DNA of 64,000 nt, from positions 397,499 through 461,498 of the forward strand of contig JBLYPV010000001.1 in the NCBI GenBank assembly GCA_048538215.1. The letters run 5' to 3'. The translations under genes and the position numbers were made by a program. Origin of the DNA: Patescibacteria group bacterium. Lineage in GTDB: Bacteria > Patescibacteriota > Minisyncoccia > Phycocordibacterales > GCA-2747955. Shown one piece after another: positions 45,166-56,308 of this stretch. Within the stretch, counting starts at the first letter, position 1, and every line of letters starts with the position of its first letter. The notes beneath the pieces were generated by a model. It saw only the letters and a program-made list of their open reading frames with translations, had not been told where the DNA came from and ran no database searches.

Positions 45166-46473
45166 TTATGATTTCATCCCCATTCGTTGAGCTAATTTTT
45201 TGAATGTCTTAAGAATGATTTTAATATCGAGCCAAAGAGAGATATTTTTAATGTAATATAAATCATAGGCAAGTCGGTCCAGTGCTTCTTCTTCATTTTC
45301 TGGTGCATGTGCCTGAATGACCTGTGCCCATCCTGTAAGCCCTGGCTGAGCAAGCAACCGAGCTTGTTGAAAAGGATTATGCCCCACCATAGCTTGGTGC
45401 TCATTGACCAAAATAGCACGAGGCCCTACCAAAGATACATCTCCTTTAATTAAATTGATGCATTGCGCAAATTCATCGAGCCTTGTTTTACGAAGCCACC
45501 TTCCTACCCGAGTAATCTTGTCTGCATTATTTTTTTCTTTCCACTTAGTATCATTGCTATACATTGAGCGAAACTTATAAAAATCAAATTCTTGCCCACG
45601 TAATCCTACGCGACGCTGTACAATATAAATTGATCCTCCATCATCAAGCTTGATTGCTATAAAAATAAAGGGATAAAGAATGATAACAATCCCCAAGAGA
45701 ATAAATCCTGCTACAACATCAATTGTGCGCTTGAGAAAACGATAGGTGCTCCCCCTACGAGTAATATGCTGGAGAAACCAATCGTGATCTATCCGCTCCA
45801 AATCAATTTTAGAATGCATCTCTTCGCGTAAATCGACAATATCAACAATATTAATATTAGAAAACATCAGTTTATATAAAATATCAATTCGCGGATAGCG
45901 ATCAAGGTCTACTAAAATTGTATCCGCTCGAGTATCAGAAAGTGCTTGATTGATTTCTTCCAAGCCTGCTTGAATAGAGAGCTCATCAGTGATCCGTACA
46001 TTCCATAGTGGCTCCCTATCAAACATTTCTCTCACATCGGCCGCCTGCCCTACCATAACAGCTCGAATGGGTGCTAGTGAAAATATCCGCAAGGATACCA
46101 ATTTCCAAAAAAACATCGCTACAAATAGCAAGCTCGCAAAAATGATCAAATTTGTCTTGGGGGAGATGCCTAGGGTAGGCAAAAAATAAAAGTGTCCCAG
46201 CATTATCACGGTAGCGAGAGCATGTGGTGGCACTAATAGCTCAAAAATATTTTTGGCAGTTGGGATAATCTGCCTACTATAAAATCCCGCTATATAAATG
46301 ATAATTTCATAGATAATAAAGAGCAGGAAAAAAGCACGAATGTGTTCTTCGTATGTTGCATAATCTATAAATTCAAAGTTACGCAATACAAGTGACAGGT
46401 AAAGTACCCCAAAAAAAGTGATGGCATCTCCTGTCACCATGCTCATCCCTTGCATTAGCCGGTAATGCGTCAT
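45166..46473 (-). CDS. polyprenyl-phosphate sugar (hexose-1-P) transferase, WbaP/bacterial sugar transferase family
   Basis: N-terminal TM helices plus the C-terminal catalytic domain ...RVGLRGQEFDFYKFRSM...DE..Q..N...GDMSLVGPR. Confidence 0.85.
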   Translation of the reverse strand: MTHYRLMQGMSMVTGDAITFFGVLYLSLVLRNFEFIDYATYEEHIRAFFLLFIIYEIIIYIAGFYSRQIIPTAKNIFELLVPPHALATVIMLGHFYFLPTLGISPKTNLIIFASLLFVAMFFWKLVSLRIFSLAPIRAVMVGQAADVREMFDREPLWNVRITDELSIQAGLEEINQALSDTRADTILVDLDRYPRIDILYKLMFSNINIVDIVDLREEMHSKIDLERIDHDWFLQHITRRGSTYRFLKRTIDVVAGFILLGIVIILYPFIFIAIKLDDGGSIYIVQRRVGLRGQEFDFYKFRSMYSNDTKWKEKNNADKITRVGRWLRKTRLDEFAQCINLIKGDVSLVGPRAILVNEHQAMVGHNPFQQARLLAQPGLTGWAQVIQAHAPENEEEALDRLAYDLYYIKNISLWLDIKIILKTFKKLAQRMGMKS

Positions 46474-46501
46474 AGTACTAATAGTATAACAGATTCATAC
46501 T

Positions 46502-48118
46502 TTATCTGTCTTTTGTAGATGAATGATCATTCAATTGGTAGCTCTCTTTACGAAAAGCTATTTGTCCCCGGCGATAGTAGTTGTAGCTTATAGCAATTCC
46601 AATAATAACAAACGCCATCCCATATATCTCCCAGCTTATATCATTCGTACTAGAACTAGCTTGAAACACACTCGCTTTCTGTGAGCCATCCATTGTTGGT
46701 AATTCAATCTCTGACAAAGCTTCTACCTTAGGGCTTTCGATGATCCCAGTGCTTTCACTACTCTGTCCTATGGGGACATAAGACACTGAGTGGGTATTCC
46801 CCATTACCATAGGATACTGAGCGCCGTATTGTTCGAGCACCTCCGTGTCAGAGTCTGCCGATGATAGAGCACCACTTCCTTGCTCTTGGGTATTTTTCTT
46901 GGCTTCGACCTGTGCTTGGAGGCGCTCCTTGGCTTGATTAATTGAGCTAATTAAATAGTCCTCCCCATCGATAAGCTCAAGTGTACTATAGCCATCCAAA
47001 TTAAATCCAAGAATATCTGAGTCAAGCCACATAGTATTATAAGCATTGATATAGCTATGATCTGGAAAACTATAGCCGGTATCTTCACTATCTGCTACGC
47101 TAATACGATAGCGAGAAAGCTCAAGATGATACTGAGAATTATTATGTATCCCCATGACGCCTGCTAGATCTGGGTGCATTACTATCTCCAAGGCAGGTGG
47201 GATGACCTTGATGGCTACCCTATCCACATCAGAATACTTGAGCACGCTGGCAGAAAAGGTGAGCGTATATTCGCCTGGATAGCGATAGCGATGAACAGCT
47301 TGGTTGCCTCTATCACTAGATCCATCACCCCAATTCCAACGAACAAGCGGATCCTTAATAATACCCCCCTCCAATCCATACACTTTCCCTACAAAATGAT
47401 AGCTCGCTCCTGCCATAAGCGTACGATCATTCCCCGCATCTGCTCGTATCTTTTTTGCTTCATAGCTATCGTAGAGCTCCAGATAGGTAACAGGCACCTC
47501 GACTTCATCTTCTATTGTCTTATCTTCCTCCTTATCGACTTCTTGATGTGAAGTATCTATATCTTCTTCTTTCTTTTCATCTTTATCCGAAGGAGCTTCT
47601 GTGTACTTTGCACGAATATTTGCCTCTCCCGGCGAAGCTTCCACCTCATACCACACATCTTCAATAAGCCCGATGCTATTACCATTACCATATCCGCCTG
47701 TTGCGGGGTCATAGCTTAGCTCAAATACTGTCTGGCCACTTGCATTTATCAGAGCTATTGCCTCTCCGGTATTTTTTAAAGAAAAAGCACTATCAAATAG
47801 TGCGCCACGATACTCTGGATATTTTTGTAAAAAGGCCTCTGGCTTATCTGCTACTATCCCATAAGTGCCCGGCTTGAGTATTTGCTCTCCATTTTCATAT
47901 ACACTGATCTTGTGATTGGTTCCCTGTTCGAAAAATCGATAGTCGGTAAATAGTATTTCCTCACTCCCTGCATTGTGTACCTCAATCCACTCATAGCCAC
48001 CATCGCTCCCCTCAGGGTTATAATGAACCTCTGTAATCCACACGCTCGCATTAGCACAAAATGGTAGTACGAAGCAAATAGTAAGTAGAAAAAATTCTAG
48101 CTTATTCCATCCTATCAT
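46502..48118 (-). CDS. lamin-tail-domain (LTD) protein, secreted with C-terminal TM anchor
   Basis: WITEVHYNPEGSDGGYEWIEVHN is the LTD signature. Signal peptide and C-terminal hydrophobic helix. Confidence 0.6.
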   Translation of the reverse strand: MIGWNKLEFFLLTICFVLPFCANASVWITEVHYNPEGSDGGYEWIEVHNAGSEEILFTDYRFFEQGTNHKISVYENGEQILKPGTYGIVADKPEAFLQKYPEYRGALFDSAFSLKNTGEAIALINASGQTVFELSYDPATGGYGNGNSIGLIEDVWYEVEASPGEANIRAKYTEAPSDKDEKKEEDIDTSHQEVDKEEDKTIEDEVEVPVTYLELYDSYEAKKIRADAGNDRTLMAGASYHFVGKVYGLEGGIIKDPLVRWNWGDGSSDRGNQAVHRYRYPGEYTLTFSASVLKYSDVDRVAIKVIPPALEIVMHPDLAGVMGIHNNSQYHLELSRYRISVADSEDTGYSFPDHSYINAYNTMWLDSDILGFNLDGYSTLELIDGEDYLISSINQAKERLQAQVEAKKNTQEQGSGALSSADSDTEVLEQYGAQYPMVMGNTHSVSYVPIGQSSESTGIIESPKVEALSEIELPTMDGSQKASVFQASSSTNDISWEIYGMAFVIIGIAISYNYYRRGQIAFRKESYQLNDHSSTKDR

Positions 48119-48187
48119 TCTCTCTACTATATCACTTGCATCCTAGAGTAAAAGTTGATTTATCCCAAGTCTAATTTAGATTGCCTA

Positions 48188-49801
48188 CTAGCTTTCTCCT
48201 ATCTGTTTAATAAAATCACTCAAATCATCATCTTTTTTTGCCTTGATATTCTTGTTCTCCTCTTTATTTGTTTTAGGAGCAGTGGAGGGGGTATTCTTTT
48301 GCTGAGCTATCTTTTCGTCTTGTGAATCGGGAAGATTTATATGGGCCAGCGCTTCTTTAAAATCGTGAGTCCCAGGCAAATCTACATCCTCTACCTTAGG
48401 CTTTGTTGCCCTTGGGGATTTTATTGTTTGCTTTCGCTTGCGATCAGGCATACCATTATTGGGCTTAATTGCGGGAGCACTCAAGCTTGCACTCATCCAA
48501 TTTGCAATTTCTTTTTCTACCTCTTCTCGTGAGCGAGCAAAATGAGCACGAGAATGAGCAATCACCTCTTGGCGCAAGCTTACTGCTGGTACTGGCAGTG
48601 GTGGTAAAGTACGCGCAGAAAATGGGGCTGATCCAGCTCCGTCAATCATCAGGGTAAGATATATTTGATAGCGATCGAGTGAGACAAAATCACTTGCCAA
48701 AAAGCGCATTCCAAATTCACGCTCAAATATTTCAGCATCAGTGGCCCCTACCCGAAAAGTAATCATCGTGCCTACATTGCCAAATACCGCCGCTCGCACC
48801 GTCTCAGGCATCTGCTCAATGTACTGATGGGCTAAGGTGAGATTGAGCTTATATTTTCTTGATTGTGAAAGAATATCAGCAAATGAATCATTGGCTAAAT
48901 TTTGGAATTCATCAATATAAAGATAGAAATTAGGCACTTGGCTCAATTCACCTTTACTCAAGCTGGCCCGTGACATCCCAGCCAAAAAGATTTTAGTCGT
49001 GAGCATCGATCCCAAGAGATTGGCATTTGCCTCACCCACCTGCCCAATCGATAAATTGACCAAAACAATCTTTTGCTCATCCATACACTGGCGTAGATCA
49101 AAAGAAGATTTACTCTGCCCTACAATATTGCGGATTACCGGATTAGAGGTAAATTGCCCAATTTTATTAAGAATTGCGCTATAAGCATCTCGCCGATAGG
49201 TATCCGACCAACTTGCATATTCTTGAGTCCAAAATTGCTTGACTACTGGGTCACTAATATTTGCTATCACCTTTTTTTGGAAAGGAATATCCACAAACAT
49301 ACGAGAAATTGAGAGCATGGTGCTATTAGGGTATTCCAAAAGAGCTAAAAGTGTATTGGATACTATGTGCTCCATTCTGTCGGAGAATGTCTCCTCACCC
49401 CATATTTTCTTAAAACTCGAAAGTAATCCTTGTGCCACAAGCGATCGCTTATCTGGGTCTACATCCTCCATTACATTAAAAGCCACTGGATGCTCAAAAT
49501 CAAAAGGAGCAATGTAGACTACATCGTCTACCCGATGAGCAGGGATATAATCCAAAAACGTATCTACTGCTGATCCATGTGGATCAATAAAGCACAAGCC
49601 ATTGCCATTTTGAATATCTTGGACTGCCAAATTTTCAAGCAGGGTAGACTTTCCCATCCCTGATTTACCAATCATATAAATATGCTTGGTGCGATCACTG
49701 TCTTTAATACCAAATTTTACTCGTTTGCCTCGCGCATCTGTCTCAGCAAAATAGGTAATATGGTCATCATTAGAACCAAGCTTGTTTGGATGAGTAAACA
49801 T
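48188..49801 (-). CDS. P-loop ATPase of the T4SS coupling-protein/FtsK-HerA superfamily (VirD4/TraG-like), no N-terminal TM
   Basis: Walker A MIGKSGMGKST, DPHG, Walker B-like YLYIDEFQNL, basic disordered C-terminus. Confidence 0.5.
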   Translation of the reverse strand: MFTHPNKLGSNDDHITYFAETDARGKRVKFGIKDSDRTKHIYMIGKSGMGKSTLLENLAVQDIQNGNGLCFIDPHGSAVDTFLDYIPAHRVDDVVYIAPFDFEHPVAFNVMEDVDPDKRSLVAQGLLSSFKKIWGEETFSDRMEHIVSNTLLALLEYPNSTMLSISRMFVDIPFQKKVIANISDPVVKQFWTQEYASWSDTYRRDAYSAILNKIGQFTSNPVIRNIVGQSKSSFDLRQCMDEQKIVLVNLSIGQVGEANANLLGSMLTTKIFLAGMSRASLSKGELSQVPNFYLYIDEFQNLANDSFADILSQSRKYKLNLTLAHQYIEQMPETVRAAVFGNVGTMITFRVGATDAEIFEREFGMRFLASDFVSLDRYQIYLTLMIDGAGSAPFSARTLPPLPVPAVSLRQEVIAHSRAHFARSREEVEKEIANWMSASLSAPAIKPNNGMPDRKRKQTIKSPRATKPKVEDVDLPGTHDFKEALAHINLPDSQDEKIAQQKNTPSTAPKTNKEENKNIKAKKDDDLSDFIKQIGES

Positions 49802-49914
49802 TAGCTCTATTGTACCCGAGAGCTAGCGAGTAACCAACAAAGCTACCTGTGGTATATGTATACAAAATAAAAAGCTTCTTTCTTTTCGCTTACTGTATTA
49901 TAATCAAAAAAGCT

Positions 49915-51066
49915 ATGAGCGATCGCTTGCAAATTATTATCCCCATTACTCTTTTCTATATTTGCCTTTTAGGTCTACCTTTGTTTGTGTCTGCTGATAC
50001 CTACGAGCCTCTGACCGCAAGTATCCCTGGTATGAAAGAAGCAGCCGAAATAGCATCTACCGGCAACTTCACCGAACTCATCAACACTATCTATAAACTA
50101 TCTATAGCCCTCTCTATAGCACTAGCAGTGATCATTCTAGTGATAGAAGGAGTCCGTTATAGTGCTAGTGCTATTCCAGGAGTTAAATCAGATATTAAAG
50201 AGCGTATCGCTCTTGTCTTTGGTGGATTAATTCTCTTAATTGGTGCTTATATGTTTCTTGCTCTTATTAATCCTATACAACTAGTAAATTTTGGTGACTT
50301 AGGTAAAAATAATATTCTCCCTTCTAATGTTGGTGTGGGGGTGGTTACGGATGCCACCGATCCTACAATCCTTGATGGGGTGGAGTTTGAGAGTGGTAAA
50401 ACAGGAGAAGAGGTAATGCAAGAAATATCCGAGCTATCCTGGCAGGAAACCCGGGAAATTGTAGCTGATAAAACTGACCTAGGCATCACTATAGATAGTG
50501 GCGGTACTATTGCAGAAGGTGATTATTCCCCCGTGAGCACAATAACTGTGAGTGAAGAAGGTCAACGTATTGTAGCTGCCGCTATTAAGCTATGTTCGGA
50601 TATACCAGAAAGTTGGGCAAGTAATACTGATTTGTATAAATTAATAGCCAAAGAAAGTAATGGCAAGATAGGTCTTTTAAATCACAAGTTTGATGATTAT
50701 AGAAAGCATGCTGGTCTTACATATGGTCGTATAGCAAGCGATATCCGTGGTAATTCATTTTACTACCAACATTGTTGCAGGGTTACCAAACAATCTACTC
50801 GTGAAGCACGAGAAAATGGTATACAAACGAGGTGTAATCCAAATACTCAATCACCTTTTATAGATCATGCTGGCGATTGTTTTTCTTCTGCTGGTATTGG
50901 TCAACTTACTGTTGCAAATATGGCCGAACGCCAACCAAGTGGTGTTCAAGGGTTTGGTGATACTTATGAGGAAATATGCGGTATGCTTCGATATATTAAA
51001 TATCGTCCAAATTATGGTACACCCGGCGCTGCGCTACAATTTCACCTAGAAAATAACTGGTACTAA
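49915..51066 (+). CDS. VirB2/TrbC-like pilin-like N-terminal domain fused to a putative cell-wall hydrolase (SLT/CHAP-like) domain
   Basis: Signal peptide plus two hydrophobic helices typical of T4SS pilins. The C-terminal 250 aa carries an ESNG...GLLN motif and conserved Cys/His; domain calls are tentative. Confidence 0.4.
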   Translation: MSDRLQIIIPITLFYICLLGLPLFVSADTYEPLTASIPGMKEAAEIASTGNFTELINTIYKLSIALSIALAVIILVIEGVRYSASAIPGVKSDIKERIALVFGGLILLIGAYMFLALINPIQLVNFGDLGKNNILPSNVGVGVVTDATDPTILDGVEFESGKTGEEVMQEISELSWQETREIVADKTDLGITIDSGGTIAEGDYSPVSTITVSEEGQRIVAAAIKLCSDIPESWASNTDLYKLIAKESNGKIGLLNHKFDDYRKHAGLTYGRIASDIRGNSFYYQHCCRVTKQSTREARENGIQTRCNPNTQSPFIDHAGDCFSSAGIGQLTVANMAERQPSGVQGFGDTYEEICGMLRYIKYRPNYGTPGAALQFHLENNWY

Positions 51067-51161
51067 GCAAATAATAAATTATAGAAAAATTAAAACAGCA
51101 TCATTATGCTGTTTTTCATTTTTTCTGGACGCACTATCTCGAGGCTCAGTCTTACTATTCT

Positions 51162-52226
51162 TTAGTCAGTAATACTCTCTCGATAGGGATCATTATCAAA
51201 TTTACTGGTATCTTGTTTGGAAATCTGCTCCTTAAGCAGTGTTTGAAAATCTTTCATTTTTTCTGGATCAGCTTCTATTGTGGGAGTAGCCATCTCTTGG
51301 CCCGCTCCTCCAGTAGGTGGCACTATCCCACTTCCTACAAATCCTGCTTGGGCTTGGGCTCCTGGATTAGCTCTTTGTTCTCCCCCCATAGATTGATATG
51401 CGTGCAAAGCGCTCGCTTGTTCTCGTGCTTCAATTTGAGCCTCTAAAGCTGTTTCACCAGCGTCAAAATTAATATCCACGCCTCGATTCTCGAGCCCAGT
51501 GGGTGAAATATGAGGTACTTCTTGCTTTGGTGATTCCTGGCTCTGTGTTTGTTGCTCTCCCCCGTCTATCGCCGGTGATTGATCAGCTTGGGCGCTCTTT
51601 GATGGCACAAACTCCAAAGAATCCGTATCTGTATGAGATACTTGATTGAGAGCATCTTGATTTTCTTCTATTACACTTTCTGTATCCTCCTGTTTTGTAT
51701 TACTATCTTCTATCACTATACCTTCTTGATCAAGAGCTTTTTCAAAATCAGTACCACTACTTACCATACCACTCTCCGTGTGTTTTAAAGCTTCTTCTAC
51801 AGAAATATCCTCAAAAGAATTATCCTTTTCCCCCTCTTTGCGGTATGGATTGGAGCTCGGAAGCGGTATTTCTACCTCCCCAAAGCGAGCTTCATCAGTA
51901 GATCGATACTGTATCTTACGCAAACTCTCACGAATACGAGAAAATACTTGTTCATCTACTTCAATAGCAATTTGCTCTGCTTGCTCCTGGCTCAAATTAA
52001 GCTGATCACGCAAATGGCGTACAAATTCATTACTTTTAATGAGCCCGAGCATGATCAAGCCACTGTACTCGATGAGAATACCAATACCATCAATGCGCAA
52101 ATTATGATTACGCCCGATTACTTCCAATTGCTTGACCATCGTATCCCCCGCGACTACTTTTTGAATATCTTCTGGTAATGCATCATAGCGCTCTTGAATT
52201 TGTTGTTTAGTGAATGGATTAGACAT
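51162..52226 (-). CDS. hypothetical protein with acidic disordered C-terminal half
   Basis: Structured about 110-aa N-domain, then an E/Q/S/D-rich low-complexity region. Confidence 0.45.
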   Translation of the reverse strand: MSNPFTKQQIQERYDALPEDIQKVVAGDTMVKQLEVIGRNHNLRIDGIGILIEYSGLIMLGLIKSNEFVRHLRDQLNLSQEQAEQIAIEVDEQVFSRIRESLRKIQYRSTDEARFGEVEIPLPSSNPYRKEGEKDNSFEDISVEEALKHTESGMVSSGTDFEKALDQEGIVIEDSNTKQEDTESVIEENQDALNQVSHTDTDSLEFVPSKSAQADQSPAIDGGEQQTQSQESPKQEVPHISPTGLENRGVDINFDAGETALEAQIEAREQASALHAYQSMGGEQRANPGAQAQAGFVGSGIVPPTGGAGQEMATPTIEADPEKMKDFQTLLKEQISKQDTSKFDNDPYRESITD

Positions 52227-52284
52227 AGTGGTATTGTAACAGATTACTAGATAGCTCTAAAAATACTTTTCCTCAGAGTAATAG

Positions 52285-54972
52285 CTAGGTTCTAATATTT
52301 ACATCTTCGGTGGCAACATCAGAAGCCAGCCCTTGTTCTGCAGCACTTTCTGCTTGATAGCCACGCTCGTATACATTCATAAGTGTAGCCTGATCCATAG
52401 AAGTGGTGGCCTCTCCTTTTGCCTGGAATTTAGCCTTAGCCACACCCACGAGCTGATCTTGAGCTCTCTTAGCCTCACGATTAGCAGAAGATTGTATAGA
52501 TTCAACCCAACGAGTAGCATCCTTAAGGCTTTTTTCAGCCCTCTCAATTTGAATATCTGATGCACTGCCAGATGATTGTAATAGCTCGAGATTTTGTTGT
52601 GCTTTATTGCGCTGTTTTACTGCATCTCTTGCCTTATCGGCATACTCTTCTTTGACATCGTGCAATGTGGTCATAAAATTATTCATTGCATCTTGATAAT
52701 TCTTAGAATCAAATACTTCCCGTGGTTTTCCGTCTGGTCCTTCCTGTGTTGAAGTAAAGGCATTTTTTACCAAGGCATCAAGATTTTTATACTCATTATT
52801 TTGTTTGAATTGCTCACCAAATTCCTTGATTGATTTTGTATTAATCATAAGCCCCATATCTTGATTCGTCAGATTACGAAGCAATTTATGGGAAATACTA
52901 TCCATTTTATTTATCTTATTACGAGCTTCGGCTGCCATTTGCTCGCGAGCATAAATTTGCTTATTTTTTGTGCCTTTTGTCTTTTTATCACCTCCTTCTA
53001 CAATTTCATATTTTTGTGCTGCCTCAGCATATCCACCTACGCCACCATCCAGTGTCCAGTTAAACCAGTTATCATTCTTTTCTAGAAGAGATTTATTTTC
53101 TGCGCGTAATCTGGTATTGGTACGATTCGCAAGCTCATCTGTATCAATCTGCTTTTCAACTTCTGAGCGCAAACTTTCTCGAGCAGCTTGCTCGGCCTGT
53201 TTAATTTCTTCTTGGTTTACCTGTCTTTTTGCCTCTAATTCTTCTCTCTTATTTTTGAATCCACCTCGTTCCTGTTCTAATTCAAGTAAACGCTTGGTAC
53301 GATTTGGCTTGAGCTTGGCTCGTTCATTTTCAATTTCATGTTGTCCACTAGCACCCCGCATCATAGCATCAAGTCCGCTATTAATCATCGACTGATGCTC
53401 TTCTTCCTCATATCTACCTCTGAGATTTTTAGACGTGTTATCTAGAGTATTCGTACGCAAATTCCCCTTACGAGTACGGCGAGCCACATTACTTTCTGCC
53501 ATGCCAAATTTAGCATTGGCGGCTGCATCACCTACCGTATATAGTACATTACCCAGTGCACGCTCGTGCCATTTATTTGATCGTAATTTTTCAGCTGTAT
53601 ATTCACTTTCTCGCGATAGGTGCCTCCCCCAATTACCTACAGAGGCACGCATCCCTCCACCAATCGTTTTCTTGCCTATCATTGCCCCTGCTCCTAAGGC
53701 ACCCCCAGCCGCTATACCGGCAACTCCCGTGATGCTACTTTGAATCCTACTTCCAATTCCACCTCCTCCTTCACACATTGCTTGGGCCTTACTATTAGCT
53801 ACACCAAGAATACCAAAAATAAAGCCCAAGTTGATCACAACGATAATCACTGTTTGTACTAAATCAGTAGTACCTCCCCCAAGGCCACTAGCCCCACCGA
53901 CTGGCCCGAGAATAAGGAGGAGGAGGTAGATTAAAAAGAGATAGACACAGACACAAAACGATTTATTAAACATATGACTCAACCAGGATTGAAAGCCATT
54001 GAGATTAGGAATAAAGTAGCTTACAAAAGCAAGTGGTGAGATGATAATCAAAATAATCAAATACAGAGTACGAGTGATAAACATAAATCCCGTCTTAAAC
54101 AAACTCCAGCCTGCTACCACCGCCACAGTAAGAATAATTACATTGAGTGCCATAACATAACCCTCACCCTTTGCAACAATGTCCTTAACCGTTTGTATTG
54201 AAAGAATACCATCTACATTACCTGATTCCACCAAAAGCAAGCTTCTAACAATCGGGGCCGATGGGCTTGACACATTAGCAAGGCTGATATCTGCTCCCCT
54301 ATCCCCGCTACCGACCCGCAAAGACTTACTTCCTAATTTTTCTGAAACAGCACTTTTGGAAGGTGTGGTTTCTGTAATCTGCGTATAAAAGAATTTACCC
54401 ATAATATTCCCTGCGTCAATAATTGCTCGCGAGAAAAAGAATGAAAAATTGAGCAGTAGAGCAATAATAATCAGCCGAGTGAGAACCTCTTTCCATCCCA
54501 TGTTGCCCTGCTTGAGAGAAAAGCCTGTAATCATCATCAAAGCCGCCGCGATAATCCCGAGAATAAAGGCCATATTGGCAAGATCACGCATAATTATCCA
54601 GGCATCCCTAATATAGGGCATATTATAGAATTCTGGATTAAGGGTAAAATTAATAAAAACATCAAATACAGCTCCTGCTCCAATTAAAATCAGAGCACTT
54701 AAATAGACAATCCCCCCCGTCAAACACGAGCCGATATAACTTGACCATGTATCACCACAAGTACCAATCTTAGGTATGGAAGGGTCCATTGATGCCCCCT
54801 TATCGCTTGTATCTGAGCTTCCAGTCTCTTGACCAGTTCCTACGTTTTGAATCCCAGCTGTGGGAGCTCCTGTGGTGGGTGTTTGAGCTTGAGCCATTAG
54901 TACCCCTACCCCAAAAAGCCCCACAAATAGGATACAAATTAACAGGAAAACTCTCTGTAAACGATGCGCCAT
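52285..54972 (-). CDS. giant polytopic membrane protein, VirB6/TrbL-like, with about 400-aa charged coiled-coil C-terminus
   Basis: Signal peptide, at least 8 TM helices, G-rich loops, long K/E/Q/R-rich C-terminal coiled coil. Confidence 0.45.
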   Translation of the reverse strand: MAHRLQRVFLLICILFVGLFGVGVLMAQAQTPTTGAPTAGIQNVGTGQETGSSDTSDKGASMDPSIPKIGTCGDTWSSYIGSCLTGGIVYLSALILIGAGAVFDVFINFTLNPEFYNMPYIRDAWIIMRDLANMAFILGIIAAALMMITGFSLKQGNMGWKEVLTRLIIIALLLNFSFFFSRAIIDAGNIMGKFFYTQITETTPSKSAVSEKLGSKSLRVGSGDRGADISLANVSSPSAPIVRSLLLVESGNVDGILSIQTVKDIVAKGEGYVMALNVIILTVAVVAGWSLFKTGFMFITRTLYLIILIIISPLAFVSYFIPNLNGFQSWLSHMFNKSFCVCVYLFLIYLLLLILGPVGGASGLGGGTTDLVQTVIIVVINLGFIFGILGVANSKAQAMCEGGGGIGSRIQSSITGVAGIAAGGALGAGAMIGKKTIGGGMRASVGNWGRHLSRESEYTAEKLRSNKWHERALGNVLYTVGDAAANAKFGMAESNVARRTRKGNLRTNTLDNTSKNLRGRYEEEEHQSMINSGLDAMMRGASGQHEIENERAKLKPNRTKRLLELEQERGGFKNKREELEAKRQVNQEEIKQAEQAARESLRSEVEKQIDTDELANRTNTRLRAENKSLLEKNDNWFNWTLDGGVGGYAEAAQKYEIVEGGDKKTKGTKNKQIYAREQMAAEARNKINKMDSISHKLLRNLTNQDMGLMINTKSIKEFGEQFKQNNEYKNLDALVKNAFTSTQEGPDGKPREVFDSKNYQDAMNNFMTTLHDVKEEYADKARDAVKQRNKAQQNLELLQSSGSASDIQIERAEKSLKDATRWVESIQSSANREAKRAQDQLVGVAKAKFQAKGEATTSMDQATLMNVYERGYQAESAAEQGLASDVATEDVNIRT

Positions 54973-55123
54973 TACAGCTTTACTATAGCACAGAAGTCCC
55001 CCCTAATAACAGTGAATTATCCTCGTTTTTTAGTATACTAGATAAACAATGTATTGCATTTTTTGTCAAATATAGTAGAATGGCTGGAAGTGAATCTTTT
55101 ACCCTTAAGAAAGGAGGTGCGTA

Positions 55124-55699
55124 ATGTTGCGCATTCTAATGATGATTGCTGGACTGCTCTTTTCGAGCGTCCAAGCTCAAGCCGCCACCGTCGCCCAAGT
55201 GTCGACGGGGATTACGGACAATACCCGGGCCGGACAAGTGCTTGCCCAGTGCTATAGTGAGTGGCTCAGGGGCAAGCCCAATCAGTGGCGGCTCGATGAC
55301 CCCATCTGTGTGCGAGCGTACTGGCTCATGAGCCAAGCCTACCACACAAAAAGCTACAAGAAACAACACGGTCAGGTCCTACTAATAATGGTAGACACCG
55401 GCAAACTCTACGAGAGCAACCCTGCATTTGCAGAGAAACTCGACGAGTTTACTGCTCGGGTCAGAAGCGGGGAGTTCCGAGAGGATCCCTATTCCGCTGA
55501 GCTCGAAAACAAGCTCCCCCGCACCACCACCGCCGCCGGCGCGCCCTGCGACGATGCCGGCTGGATGGGTTGTATTGGGGTCGAATTCCAGACTATCAGC
55601 ACCTGGTGTACTGATAGTCATGGAAATCGAGTAAAGGTATCAGATGAAGTGTGTCGGCAAACTCCCGACTACACACTTCATAAAAAAGCGCACTACTAG
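55124..55699 (+). CDS. GC-rich (about 56 percent) secreted Cys-containing hypothetical protein inside the T4SS-like cluster
   Basis: SD AAGGAGGTG, signal peptide. Composition is clearly foreign relative to the flanking genes. Confidence 0.5.
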   Translation: MLRILMMIAGLLFSSVQAQAATVAQVSTGITDNTRAGQVLAQCYSEWLRGKPNQWRLDDPICVRAYWLMSQAYHTKSYKKQHGQVLLIMVDTGKLYESNPAFAEKLDEFTARVRSGEFREDPYSAELENKLPRTTTAAGAPCDDAGWMGCIGVEFQTISTWCTDSHGNRVKVSDEVCRQTPDYTLHKKAHY

Positions 55700-55822
55700 T
55701 CTAGCCGAGCCACACGACCACCTAAGGAATATCTCCCCCGCTATGTCTCAGATGTGGCGGGGGTTTTCATTTATACTTTTCTATAATTTGGTAATTATCA
55801 GACTTATCACTATAATAGAGCT

Positions 55823-56254
55823 ATGCGTTATGAAGTGCCCCAATTTATTGAAATAGAAGACAAAATCGTAGGCCCTCTTACCTGGCGACAATTTGTCTAT
55901 GTTGCTGGTGGAGTAGGTGGTAGTGTTTTAGCCTGGTTTTTTCTACCAACTATTCTTGCGGTACCTATCGTAGTGGTCCTCCTTGCTTTAGGTGGAGCTC
56001 TTGCTTTTTATGAGCACAACAAACAGCCCTTTATCGTTTTACTCGAGGCCTTTATTAGCTACACTATGCGTAGCAAGCTCTATATCTGGCAAAAGCGCGC
56101 CCCTCAAGCATCTACTGAGGATCAAAATATCGAGAGCCAAGCAGAGGCAATAATCAATCCACAGCCTTATGTGCCAAAGCTTTCTGATTCCAAGCTCAAA
56201 GATCTCTCCTGGGCACTCGATATCGAAGCCCGTAATCGAGGCGAGGTGCTATAG
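55823..56254 (+). CDS. PrgI/VirB3-like small 2-TM T4SS protein
   Basis: MRYEVPQFIEIEDKIVGPLTWRQFVYV matches the PrgI-family start (vPk.i..ye.KI.G.lT.RQf.y), followed by two TM helices. Confidence 0.55.
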   Translation: MRYEVPQFIEIEDKIVGPLTWRQFVYVAGGVGGSVLAWFFLPTILAVPIVVVLLALGGALAFYEHNKQPFIVLLEAFISYTMRSKLYIWQKRAPQASTEDQNIESQAEAIINPQPYVPKLSDSKLKDLSWALDIEARNRGEVL

Positions 56255-56308
56255 AGTGTATATTGTGCTTTCGAGAATACCCTCAAAGCTGATATACTAT
56301 AGAAAGTT

